Assembly (NCBI GenBank): GCA_017695025.1
Contig: JADILX010000082.1
Coordinates: 11,112 to 75,111, forward strand
Origin: Candidatus Cryptobacteroides excrementavium
Lineage (GTDB): Bacteria; Bacteroidota; Bacteroidia; Bacteroidales; UBA932
Direction: 5' to 3'
DNA: 64,000 bases
The notes beneath the pieces were generated by a model, which saw only the letters and a program-made list of their open reading frames with translations, did not search any database and had not been told where the DNA came from. A program made the position numbers and the translations under genes. Of this stretch, positions 1-9,447 are shown piece by piece (the first letter of the stretch is position 1; each line of letters begins with the position of its first letter).

Positions 1-905
1 ACCGTCTTTCCAAAAGATACAGCGCCCTTGCATTCCTTGCCAGGCCGGGATGGAAAAGGCTCATCTACATCTTTCTCCCCATACTCATGGTCTGCGGAGG
101 GATAATGTTCGGAAGCGTGTCCAGCACCCTCTTCATCGGCGGAATAATGTTTTTCACGATTCTCATAGGAGGCATCCGCCTGAAAGAAATCATCGGGCCT
201 GCCCTGGTGTGCCTTGCGGCAGGGGCCTTGTGTATCGGGCTGTATTTCATGTCGGGAGGCAAGGTTTTCCCCCGCGTCGGCACTGCAGTACAGAGATTGT
301 TCCTGCATGAAGAAAAAGAGAACATCAAGGACCTTACGCCCGGAACGATCGAATTCCAGGAGGCGCTCGATGCCATCAGGCAGCCTGAAAGCGCCAAGAT
401 AGCCATACATGAAGGCGGGCTGCTCGGGAAAGGCCCTGGAAACAGCACGCAGAAATACGCCGTATCGCTCATGTTCAGCGACTACATGTACAGTTTCATT
501 GCCGAGGAATACGGATTCTGGGGAGGGCTTCTGATCATCATGCTCTACATCAGCCTTCTGGCACGCGGGGCGCTGATAGTCAGATACTGTGACAGCGACT
601 TTGCTAAAACTGCAGTGGCAGGGCTTACCATACTCATCACAGGACAGGCTCTGATGCACATCTACATCAACCTTGACATGGGGCTTCTCACCGGACAGAC
701 CCTGCCCATGATAAGCCACGGGAAGAGTTCCTTCCTGTGTTTCTGCGTAGCATTCGGAGTCATACTGTCGATAAGCAAGATGGCCAAGGCCAAGATACAG
801 AAAGAGACAGAAGAGTCGGAGCCGCTTGTGGAAGGCTTCGGGGTGGATGAAAGCGTCAAGGAGTCGCTGGACGACCTGGATGCCTTCGAGTCGGGAAGAT
901 ATTGA
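1..905 (+). CDS. ftsW: FtsW/RodA (SEDS) family cell-division protein, 5' end cut by the window edge
   Basis: Frame 3 is open from nt 3 to the TGA at 903-905. Multi-TM protein with a SEDS-type block (GKGPGNSTQKY, SDYMYSFIAEEYGFWGG, GQTLPMISHGKSS). Lies directly upstream of murG-murC-ftsQAZ. Confidence 0.9.
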   Translation, partial: RLSKRYSALAFLARPGWKRLIYIFLPILMVCGGIMFGSVSSTLFIGGIMFFTILIGGIRLKEIIGPALVCLAAGALCIGLYFMSGGKVFPRVGTAVQRLFLHEEKENIKDLTPGTIEFQEALDAIRQPESAKIAIHEGGLLGKGPGNSTQKYAVSLMFSDYMYSFIAEEYGFWGGLLIIMLYISLLARGALIVRYCDSDFAKTAVAGLTILITGQALMHIYINLDMGLLTGQTLPMISHGKSSFLCFCVAFGVILSISKMAKAKIQKETEESEPLVEGFGVDESVKESLDDLDAFESGRY

Positions 906-976
906 ACAGGAAACGATAAGACGGATAAAGATACTCCCGTACAACGGGGGGGGGACTTTGAGAAAAACCATAGGAC

Positions 977-2122
977 ATGGATAAAAGACAGCCGATACGT
1001 GCAATAATAAGCGGAGGAGGGACAGGCGGACATATCTTCCCTGCCCTCTCTATAGCCGGCAGGCTCATGGATGCCTGCCGGGAAAGCAGTATCCTCTTTG
1101 TGGGGGCTGAAGGCAAGATGGAGATGGAAAAAGTCCCTGCGGCAGGATACGAAATCAAGGGTCTCCCGGTCGCCGGACTTCAGCGCCGCCTGTCGCTTTC
1201 CAACCTGGGGCTCCCGTTCAAGATACTCAAGAGCGTGTCCATGGCAGGAAAGATCATAGACAGTTTCAGGCCGGACATCGCCATAGGCGTAGGAGGATAT
1301 GCAAGTGCCCCGCTACTGTGGAGTGCGGCCAGAAAAGGCATCCCGACACTCATACAGGAGCAGAACGGATACGCCGGGCTCACAAACAGAATACTCGGCA
1401 AAAAGGCAGACAGGATATGCGTCGCATATGAAGGGATGGAAAGGTTTTTCCCTGCAGAAAAGATTGTGATGACAGGCAATCCTATACGCAGTGAGATAAG
1501 GCCTGCCGACGGAAAGATGAAAGAAGAGGCCATACGTTTCTATGGGCTTGACCCGGCCACAAGACACATTTTCATCGTAGGGGGAAGCCTCGGGAGCGGC
1601 ACCCTGAACAAGTCCATGATGAAATGGATAACAGAAGGGTGTCCCGGAGGGGAGGATATGGAGGTCATCTGGCAATGCGGAAAATACTACAAGGCCGAAA
1701 CCGACCGCTTCATGGAGGAGGCATCGGCCCGGGACAGCGGCATTGGAAAGAAAATCAGGCATTTTGACTTCATCAGCAGGATGGATCTCGCCTATGCGGC
1801 GGCAGACATCGTGATATCCAGGTCAGGAGCAGGAGCCGTCTCCGAACTGTGTGCAGCACACAAGGCAGCCATTTTTGTCCCTTCACCCAACGTGGCTGAA
1901 GACCACCAGACCCACAACGCCATGGCCCTTGTGAAAAAAGATGCGGCCATGCTCATCACTGATGCAGAAGCCCCGGAGAAACTCCTTGCACAGGCATGCG
2001 CCCTGGCCCGGGATCCGGAACGCATCATCATGATGGAACGGAATATTGCCCCGCTCGCCAGACCGGAAGCGGCTGAGGCCATCGTAAATGAAATATACGG
2101 CATATTGGGAAAGAACGACTGA
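977..2122 (+). CDS. murG: Undecaprenyldiphospho-muramoylpentapeptide beta-N-acetylglucosaminyltransferase
   Basis: 381 aa. N-terminal ISGGGTGGHIFPALSIA motif, GT28 architecture, dcw cluster position. Confidence 0.95.
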   Translation: MDKRQPIRAIISGGGTGGHIFPALSIAGRLMDACRESSILFVGAEGKMEMEKVPAAGYEIKGLPVAGLQRRLSLSNLGLPFKILKSVSMAGKIIDSFRPDIAIGVGGYASAPLLWSAARKGIPTLIQEQNGYAGLTNRILGKKADRICVAYEGMERFFPAEKIVMTGNPIRSEIRPADGKMKEEAIRFYGLDPATRHIFIVGGSLGSGTLNKSMMKWITEGCPGGEDMEVIWQCGKYYKAETDRFMEEASARDSGIGKKIRHFDFISRMDLAYAAADIVISRSGAGAVSELCAAHKAAIFVPSPNVAEDHQTHNAMALVKKDAAMLITDAEAPEKLLAQACALARDPERIIMMERNIAPLARPEAAEAIVNEIYGILGKND

Positions 2123-2137
2123 AACCGTTATCAGAAA

Positions 2138-3499
2138 ATGGAATACAGCAACGCATATTTTATCGGCATAGGAGGTATCGGCATGAGTGCCATAGCCAGA
2201 TACTGCAGACACAAGGGATGCAAAGTGTCAGGATATGACAGGACACCGTCAGAACTTACCCGCGAACTCGAGGCAGAGGGAATGGATATTCACTATGAAG
2301 ACAGGCCGGACCTCATACCTGAGGACAAGGAGAGCACGCTCGTCGTATACACTCCTGCCATCCCGCATGACCTGCAGGAACTCGTATATGCACAGGAAGA
2401 AGGGTACAAGGTACTGAAACGGTCAAAGGTCCTCGGGGAGATAACCCGTGGCCAGAGATGCCTCGCAGTAGCCGGAACACACGGAAAGACCACCACCAGC
2501 ACACTCACCGCCCACATTTTCAAGGAAAGCGGGACCGGATGCTCGGCATTTCTCGGAGGGATATCCAGAAACTGGGGGACAAACCTTCTTGTGTGCGACA
2601 ACAATGTGATTGTGGCAGAAGCCGATGAGTTCGACCGCTCCTTCCTCCAGCTGCACCCTGAGATTGCTGTCATAACAGCCATGGATGCAGATCATCTGGA
2701 CATATACTCCGACCTCGGGCATGTCCGTCAGGCCTTCAGGGAATTTGCCTCACAGGTGACAGGCACCCTTATCGTGAAAGCCGGACTTGACATCAGCGGG
2801 AATGACACCCGGGCCAGGATTCTGCATTACTCCCTCGATGAGCCGTGCGACTTCTACGCAGACAATCTCCGCAATGATGCCACAGGACATTTCATCTTCG
2901 ACCTCAAATGGCCGGGAGGAGTCATCGCAGGCTGCCGCTGCGGGATTCCCGGACGCATAAACGTAGAAAACAGCGTGGCTGCTGCGGCCATTGCCCTCAC
3001 ATTCGGGATTGCACCAGAAAAAGTCAGGGACGCCATCGGAAGTTATATGGGTGTGAAAAGAAGGTTTGAAGTACACATCAACACTCCGGGCTGCACCTAT
3101 ATCGATGACTATGCCCACCATCCGAAAGAAATCGCCGCTGCGGCAAGTTCCATAAGGGGCATGTTCCCCGGCAGAAAAATCACGGCGATATTCCAGCCGC
3201 ATCTGTATACACGTACAAGAGACTTTGCGGACGAGTTTGCAGAAGCACTGGGCCACGTGGACAAACTGATACTGCTCGACATCTACCCGGCGCGGGAAGA
3301 GCCCATACCGGGCGTAACTTCTGAACTGATATTCAATAAGGCCACTACGCCGGAAAAAGTCCTCCTGAAAAAAGACGGGCTGATGGACTATCTGGAGAAT
3401 GAACCGGTGGATGTCCTGATAACATTCGGGGCAGGCAACATAGACCGCCTTGTGGAACCTATAACCAGGATGCTCGAAAAAAGACTTGCCAGGCAATGA
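2138..3499 (+). CDS. murC: UDP-N-acetylmuramate--L-alanine ligase
   Basis: 453 aa. YFIGIGGIGMSAIA Rossmann start and GTHGKTTTS Mur-ligase P-loop. ATGA overlap with the next gene. Confidence 0.95.
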   Translation: MEYSNAYFIGIGGIGMSAIARYCRHKGCKVSGYDRTPSELTRELEAEGMDIHYEDRPDLIPEDKESTLVVYTPAIPHDLQELVYAQEEGYKVLKRSKVLGEITRGQRCLAVAGTHGKTTTSTLTAHIFKESGTGCSAFLGGISRNWGTNLLVCDNNVIVAEADEFDRSFLQLHPEIAVITAMDADHLDIYSDLGHVRQAFREFASQVTGTLIVKAGLDISGNDTRARILHYSLDEPCDFYADNLRNDATGHFIFDLKWPGGVIAGCRCGIPGRINVENSVAAAAIALTFGIAPEKVRDAIGSYMGVKRRFEVHINTPGCTYIDDYAHHPKEIAAAASSIRGMFPGRKITAIFQPHLYTRTRDFADEFAEALGHVDKLILLDIYPAREEPIPGVTSELIFNKATTPEKVLLKKDGLMDYLENEPVDVLITFGAGNIDRLVEPITRMLEKRLARQ

Positions 3500-4278
3500 A
3501 CAGACTGACGCGATACATATCTGCGGGGATCTTTACCGGACTGATATTTCTGCTTCTTCTTGCGGCATACTCATCGCAGGCCGTAAAAAGAGGGAGGATG
3601 GCATGCACCGGAGTAGAAGTGACTGTCCTTGACAGCATGAAGAACAGTTTTGTTGACAGCAGGGACATACTGTCATATCTCAGGTCTGAATACGGGGACT
3701 TCACAGGCAAGAATGTAGACAGCATCAGCCTCATCCGGATTGAGAAAGATGTTGACGCCAGAAGTGCTGTCAGGAAAAGCGAAGCCTATATCACAAAAGA
3801 CGGTATCCTGCATGTGGACATCACACAGAGGGAGCCGGCAGTACGGTTCCAGAAAGGGGCGGCCGGGTTCTATGCCGATGCCGAAGGATGTCTTTTCCCT
3901 CTGCAGGACACCTATACTGCACATGTTCCCATAGTGGACGGAGACCTGCCGCTCAAGGCAGATACAGGCTACAAGGGGAAGCCTCAAAGCGAGGAGGAAC
4001 GCGAATGGATCATGGCTATCCTCAGGCTGCTGGAATACATGGATGACAGCGGGACATGGGCCCGGGACATCGTCCAGATCAACGTTCTCAAAGGAGGCGA
4101 CCTGCTGATGGTACCCCGGGAAGGACGGGAAAAATTCATCTTCGGCCCACCGGACGGAGCCGAAGAAAAATTCAGGAAGATGGAACTGTATTACACGGGC
4201 ATCGTCCCTGAAAAAGGAGAAGGTTACTATTCATCTGTCAACCTGAAATATGACAGACAGATAATATGCAGAAAATAA
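3496..4278 (+). CDS. ftsQ: Cell division protein FtsQ (single N-terminal TM, POTRA-type)
   Basis: 260 aa with an N-terminal TM helix (ISAGIFTGLIFLLLLAAY). Sits between murC and ftsA. The call rests mainly on synteny and topology. Confidence 0.8.
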   Translation: MNRLTRYISAGIFTGLIFLLLLAAYSSQAVKRGRMACTGVEVTVLDSMKNSFVDSRDILSYLRSEYGDFTGKNVDSISLIRIEKDVDARSAVRKSEAYITKDGILHVDITQREPAVRFQKGAAGFYADAEGCLFPLQDTYTAHVPIVDGDLPLKADTGYKGKPQSEEEREWIMAILRLLEYMDDSGTWARDIVQINVLKGGDLLMVPREGREKFIFGPPDGAEEKFRKMELYYTGIVPEKGEGYYSSVNLKYDRQIICRK

Positions 4279-4288
4279 GGTGAATCCT

Positions 4289-5755
4289 ATGGGAATGGAA
4301 GGCAGACATATTGCGGCAATCGACCTCGGAACGTCCAAGACCGCCCTTACAGTCGCTGAAATCAATGGCGATGACATGCAGATACTGTATTACAGGAGAC
4401 TCCCTTCAAAAGGGATAAGATACAGTTATGTCCTCAATTCCGGACAGGCCGCAGACGTTGTACGGACACTTGTGGCCGACGCCGAGAAAGAACTGGACAT
4501 CAAGATTACGCGGACAATCGTGGGCATGCCAAAATACAGTGTCCGGCAGGAGACAGGGAGAGGCAACCTGAAACGCAGTCCAGACAAATGCATCTCGGAA
4601 GACGAGGTCAATGACCTGAAGCGTATGTCGCTGGATTCCTATCCGCTTACAAATCCCGAGACAGAAGAGATATTCGGGGCTGTAGCCCAGTCATTCTCGA
4701 GCGGGGACGAGATCGGGCTTACCGAAAACGACATCATCGGGGTGTCCAGCGACGTGCTTGAAGGCAACTTCAAGATATTTATCGGCAAGAAACGGCATCT
4801 GCACAACATCGACATGATATTCAAGGAACTCGGCATCGATGTAGTACAGAAATGCTTTACACCTGACTCCACCGCCAAGGCAATCCTGACGCAGGGAGAA
4901 ATGGACAACGGGGTCGCACTTGTCGACTTCGGGGCCGGAGTGACATCCGTGACCGTCTACTACAGGAACATCATGCGCCACTATGCCGCAATCCCGTTCG
5001 GGGGGAATGCCGTCACTTCTGACATAAAGGGAGAATGTCTCATCCCCGAAGAATATGCCGAATACATCAAGAAAGTGTATGGGGGATGCATGCCGGACAG
5101 GCTGCAGGGCATAGGGGAAAAGACACTGCATATAAGCAGCGGCTCTGCGGCACCGGACACCCAGGTCCCTGTAAAATTTCTCTCGGAAATCATCACCGCC
5201 AGAATGAAAGAAATCATAGATGCGATACTGTATGAAATCCAGCAGAGCGGTTTTGCGGACAACCTGAAAAGCGGCATCGTAATCACCGGAGGAGGAGCCG
5301 CCCTCATCAACTGCGGGAACTACATCAAGGAACTTTCCGGATATGATGTCAGGACAGGCTGCGCGAGACATTTCTTCTCCGCCTCAGGCTACGAGAACAT
5401 ATATGACTCAGACGCCGCGGTATCTGCCGGCATGGTACTGATGGCCAAGAACAACAGGATACCGGAATGCGTCCTGGCCGCAGGAGAAGAGGCCATGCCG
5501 GAAATAGACATAAAGATAGACGGAGACCATGGCGCAGACACCATCTCAGGCACTGGAGAGGAGACTGCTGAAGACGTAGAGGAAGAAGAGACTGTATTTG
5601 ACAATCCGATACCGGACAAGCCCAAAAAAGAAAGGACGAAAAAGCAGCGCAAAGTCATCTGGGAACGGATAAGCGAACAGGTCGGGAAAGCAGGGGAGAA
5701 ATTCGGAGGGCTTTTCAAGGAAATATATGAGGGGATGGACAATGAAGAGGTCTGA
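4289..5755 (+). CDS. ftsA: Cell division protein FtsA, with a long charged C-terminal tail
   Basis: Actin-like IAAIDLGTSKTALTV phosphate-1 motif and VITGGGAAL. The ORF track starts at GTG 4280. The first ATG is at 4289 and a second at 4295. Confidence 0.92.
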   Translation: MGMEGRHIAAIDLGTSKTALTVAEINGDDMQILYYRRLPSKGIRYSYVLNSGQAADVVRTLVADAEKELDIKITRTIVGMPKYSVRQETGRGNLKRSPDKCISEDEVNDLKRMSLDSYPLTNPETEEIFGAVAQSFSSGDEIGLTENDIIGVSSDVLEGNFKIFIGKKRHLHNIDMIFKELGIDVVQKCFTPDSTAKAILTQGEMDNGVALVDFGAGVTSVTVYYRNIMRHYAAIPFGGNAVTSDIKGECLIPEEYAEYIKKVYGGCMPDRLQGIGEKTLHISSGSAAPDTQVPVKFLSEIITARMKEIIDAILYEIQQSGFADNLKSGIVITGGGAALINCGNYIKELSGYDVRTGCARHFFSASGYENIYDSDAAVSAGMVLMAKNNRIPECVLAAGEEAMPEIDIKIDGDHGADTISGTGEETAEDVEEEETVFDNPIPDKPKKERTKKQRKVIWERISEQVGKAGEKFGGLFKEIYEGMDNEEV

Positions 5756-5800
5756 AAAAGCAGAATATTCACACCATAATGAAATAACAGGCAGCAAACC

Positions 5801-7072
5801 ATGGAAAACAACGACATATTGGATACCATCAGGATTGTCCCGAAAGACTGGAGCACTGACAATTCGATAATAAAGGTCATAGGAGTCGGCGGAGGCGGAT
5901 GCAATGCCGTATCCTACATGTACAGCCAGAAGATCGAAGGCTGCAGTTTCATAGTATGCAACACCGATGCACAGGCGCTGAGGAAAAGCCCTGTCCCTGT
6001 CAAAGTCCAGCTTGGCCAGGGGCTTGGGGCAGGGACAGACCCTATCAAAGGCCGCAACGCTGCCATCGAGGCGCAGGAAGAAATATCCAGGACAGTCCTC
6101 GAATCGGGCACACAGATGCTTTTCATCACTGCCGGCATGGGAGGCGGGACAGGTACAGGCGCAGCTCCGGTAATCGCCGAGATGGCCCAGAAGCAGGGCA
6201 TCCTGACAGTCGCCATAGTCACTCTGCCGTTCAAGAACGAAGGCAACGAATCCCTGTCAAAGGCAATAGACGGTATCCATGAACTTGAAAAAAGTGTCGA
6301 CAGCCTTCTGATCATCAACAACGAGAAACTCTACGAATACTACGGTGACCTTCTTGTCCAGGACGCCTTCCCGAAAGCCGATGAAATCCTTGCCACAGCA
6401 GTCCGCGGCATAATCGAGATCATCCAGAAGCCCGGCTATATCAATGTGGACTTCGCCGATGTGAAGACCATGATGAAGAAAAGCGGCATGGCTCTGATGG
6501 GATGCGGCTCAGGCACAGGTGCCGACAGGATAGATACAGCCATAAGCCAGGCCCTCAAGTCTCCGCTCCTGAATGACTTCGACCTGAAGACGGCCAAGAA
6601 TGTGCTGATAAACATTACCATCGGGAAGAACGAGAAAGGCCTTTCAATGAAAGAACTCGACAAGATCAACATAAAGATCAACGAGTATACGGGCAATGCC
6701 AACAATTTCAAGAGAGGCATAATCTTCGACGAGGATCCGGAAACCGGAGACCGTATCAATATCACGGTAATAGCCACTGGATTCAAGATGAGCCAGTTGA
6801 GCGACATCACGGATGTCAGTCTCGGGAATATCATCATGATAGACGGGAATACCGACCTTGAATACACAGGCACAAGAAACGGCGGGGAGATAGAACTTCC
6901 GGAGACCTCAGCCAGAAAGGCAGGCCCGACCAGCATGGCCAACATCCGCAGGTTCAATTTCAAGGAAAAGCCGGCCCTGATTGTCGGAGAAGGACAGAAT
7001 CTGAGCGAACTGGAATCCGTATCCGCCAGAAGCAGGGCGGTGAGACAGATGGCTGAAAACCAGGAAAACTGA
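5801..7072 (+). CDS. ftsZ: Cell division GTPase FtsZ
   Basis: 423 aa. GVGGGGCNAV and the tubulin signature GGGTGTGAAP. Confidence 0.97.
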   Translation: MENNDILDTIRIVPKDWSTDNSIIKVIGVGGGGCNAVSYMYSQKIEGCSFIVCNTDAQALRKSPVPVKVQLGQGLGAGTDPIKGRNAAIEAQEEISRTVLESGTQMLFITAGMGGGTGTGAAPVIAEMAQKQGILTVAIVTLPFKNEGNESLSKAIDGIHELEKSVDSLLIINNEKLYEYYGDLLVQDAFPKADEILATAVRGIIEIIQKPGYINVDFADVKTMMKKSGMALMGCGSGTGADRIDTAISQALKSPLLNDFDLKTAKNVLINITIGKNEKGLSMKELDKINIKINEYTGNANNFKRGIIFDEDPETGDRINITVIATGFKMSQLSDITDVSLGNIIMIDGNTDLEYTGTRNGGEIELPETSARKAGPTSMANIRRFNFKEKPALIVGEGQNLSELESVSARSRAVRQMAENQEN

Positions 7073-7123
7073 ACATTCAGGAAAATTTTTCACAGGCGGG
7101 ATATTCCGGCAATGATTTTTCCG

Positions 7124-7131
7124 TATCTTTG
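7124..7131 (+). promoter_or_regulatory. Bacteroidetes -7 promoter box TATCTTTG (TAnnTTTG) for gltX
   Basis: Exact match to the TAnnTTTG consensus, ending 27 nt upstream of the gltX ATG. Confidence 0.45.
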
Positions 7132-7157
7132 CGCTCCGTAAGGTTTCAGCAGAAAAT

Positions 7158-8813
7158 ATGGAAAAGAGAACAAGAGTAAGATTTGCGCCGTCACCTACAG
7201 GGCCTCTCCACATGGGAGGAGTCCGGACGGCATTGTACAACTACCTCTATGCCAAGCAGCACGGCGGAGACTTCATCATCAGGATTGAAGACACCGACTC
7301 GCAAAGATTCGTGGAAGGGGCCGAAAAATATATCATCGAAGCCCTCAACTGGTGCGGAATAATCCCCGATGAAGGAGTGGATACCGACGGGAAAGTAGTC
7401 GAGGCTCCTTCTGAAAGACACCCGCATGCACCTTACAGACAGTCGCAGAGAAGAGGCATATACAGAAAATACGCAGAAGAACTGGTCGAAAAAGGCTACG
7501 CCTACTATGCATTCGACACTTCAGAGGAACTTGCCGCCAGACGTGCCGGAATGGAGGCCGAAGGCAAGACATTCATCTACAACCATATCACCAGGATGTC
7601 AATGCGCAACTCGCTTACCATGCCGCAGGATGAGTGGAAACAGTTGCTTGAGACCCGTCAGGACTGGACCATCCGGTTCAAGATGCCGGAGAACAGGACT
7701 GTAAAGATGGATGACCTCATAAGGGGACATATCGAGGTGAACACCGACACCCTTGATGACAAGGTGCTGTGGAAGAAGGCTGACGAACTTCCTACATACC
7801 ATCTTGCCAACATCGTAGACGACCATCTTATGGAGATAACGGAAGTGATAAGGGGGGAAGAATGGCTTCCTTCACTCCCGCTGCACTATCTCCTGTACGA
7901 AGCCTTCGGATGGCAGGACAGCCAGCCGCGCTTTGCCCATCTGTCACTGCTGCTCAAGCCTGACGGCAAAGGGAAACTCAGCAAGAGGGACGGAGACAGG
8001 CTCGGATTCCCGGTCTTCCCCCTCAAATGGGTAAATCCGGAAGGAGAAGTATCCCGCGGATACCGTGAAGACGGGTATTTCCCGGAGGCATTCGTAAACA
8101 TGCTCGCCATGCTCGGATGGAATCCGGGCGATGACAGGGAACTGTTCAGCATGGACGGCCTCATCGAGGCCTTTTCTCTCGAAAGGGTCATAAAATCAGG
8201 CGCACGCTTCAATCCGGACAAGGCCAGATGGTACAACAAGGAATATCTCCGCATGAAAAGCGATGATGAACTCACCGGACTTTTCATCCCCGTACTTGAA
8301 AGTCACGGGATACAGGTTGTCGAATGCCCGAAATGCGCGATTACGGCAGGGGCGGAACTCACTCCGCAGGGTGCAGACTTCCACAACCGTATTTTCACCC
8401 GGGAATACGTACACCATATCGTATCTCTTATAAAGGAAAGGGCTACATTCGTGGCTGACTTCTGGGATATAGCATCATACCTTTTCGTCGCCCCTGTGGA
8501 ATTTGCGGAAAAGGATGCAGCCAAATTCTGGAAAGAAGAGAACTACAGCCTTGCATTACAGGCAGCAGAGTTCATCTTGAACTTCGATGCCGGCAACCTT
8601 ACCGGCCCTGAATTCACAAAAAAACAGCTGGAAGGGCCGCTCGAGGAGTTCATCCGCAGCAATGAATGGCCTATGGGCAAGGTGATGAACTGTCTCAGGC
8701 TTGCCCTTGTAGGGGCTTCCAGCGGACTCGGGATAGCAGACATCGTCTCTATCATCGGAAAAAAAGAATTTGCGGCAAGAATAGAACACATCAAACAGAC
8801 GCTCGGGGCATGA
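7158..8813 (+). CDS. gltX: Glutamate--tRNA ligase
   Basis: 551 aa. RVRFAPSPTGPLHMGG (HIGH-class motif) and GKLSKRDG (KMSKS-class motif). Confidence 0.95.
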   Translation: MEKRTRVRFAPSPTGPLHMGGVRTALYNYLYAKQHGGDFIIRIEDTDSQRFVEGAEKYIIEALNWCGIIPDEGVDTDGKVVEAPSERHPHAPYRQSQRRGIYRKYAEELVEKGYAYYAFDTSEELAARRAGMEAEGKTFIYNHITRMSMRNSLTMPQDEWKQLLETRQDWTIRFKMPENRTVKMDDLIRGHIEVNTDTLDDKVLWKKADELPTYHLANIVDDHLMEITEVIRGEEWLPSLPLHYLLYEAFGWQDSQPRFAHLSLLLKPDGKGKLSKRDGDRLGFPVFPLKWVNPEGEVSRGYREDGYFPEAFVNMLAMLGWNPGDDRELFSMDGLIEAFSLERVIKSGARFNPDKARWYNKEYLRMKSDDELTGLFIPVLESHGIQVVECPKCAITAGAELTPQGADFHNRIFTREYVHHIVSLIKERATFVADFWDIASYLFVAPVEFAEKDAAKFWKEENYSLALQAAEFILNFDAGNLTGPEFTKKQLEGPLEEFIRSNEWPMGKVMNCLRLALVGASSGLGIADIVSIIGKKEFAARIEHIKQTLGA

Positions 8814-9004
8814 AAAGAAAATTCCCATGGCTCCAGACGACACTGCTTGTCATCGCAATGCTGGCAATAGGCACGGCGTCCATCTATACTGCACGCATCA
8901 TCGACGGCAAAGGAGACCATTTCGACTGGTTTATGGCTGTTGTGCTTGTCATTATCGGCATAAGCAACACCGTACAGTTCTTCAGGTCCAGACGGAAAAA
9001 ATAA
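8810..9004 (+). CDS. Small (64 aa) two-TM membrane protein of unknown function
   Basis: The ATG at 8810 overlaps the gltX stop (ATGA). MKRKFPWLQTTLLVIAMLAIGTASIY...WFMAVVLVIIGISNTVQFF shows two hydrophobic helices and a basic C-terminus. The part of the tracked ORF upstream of 8810 lies inside gltX. Confidence 0.55.
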   Translation: MKRKFPWLQTTLLVIAMLAIGTASIYTARIIDGKGDHFDWFMAVVLVIIGISNTVQFFRSRRKK

Positions 9005-9015
9005 AAAAGAATATC

Positions 9016-9447
9016 ATGAAGATAGGCATCTGCAGCGACCATGCCGGATATGAATACAAAAACCGGCTGGCAGAAGTCCTCAGGCAGGACGGATATGACA
9101 TCAAGGATTTCGGGACAGACTCTCCCGAAAGCATGGACTATCCAGATGTGGCCCATCCGCTTGCAAAAGCCGTAGAAGAAGGAGAGGTGGAATGCGGGAT
9201 AGCCATGTGCGGGACAGGAGAAGGCATGGCCATGACCCTCAACAAGCATCAGGGAATACGTGCCGGCCTCGCATGGAACAAGGAGACAGGCGAACTCATA
9301 AGAAGGCACAACAATGCCAACGTCCTTGCCCTGCCGGCAAGGCTGATTGCCTTTGAAGAGGCTCTCGCCATCACTAAAGTCTGGCTCGACACTCCGTTTG
9401 AAGGAGGGAGACACCTCAGGAGGATAGAAAAGATACCTTTAAAATGA
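9016..9447 (+). CDS. rpiB: Ribose-5-phosphate isomerase B
   Basis: Begins MKIGICSDHAGYEYK and contains CGTGEGMAM and ANVLALPARL, typical of RpiB/LacAB. The ORF-track start at 8827 is an upstream extension with no similarity. Confidence 0.92.
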   Translation: MKIGICSDHAGYEYKNRLAEVLRQDGYDIKDFGTDSPESMDYPDVAHPLAKAVEEGEVECGIAMCGTGEGMAMTLNKHQGIRAGLAWNKETGELIRRHNNANVLALPARLIAFEEALAITKVWLDTPFEGGRHLRRIEKIPLK

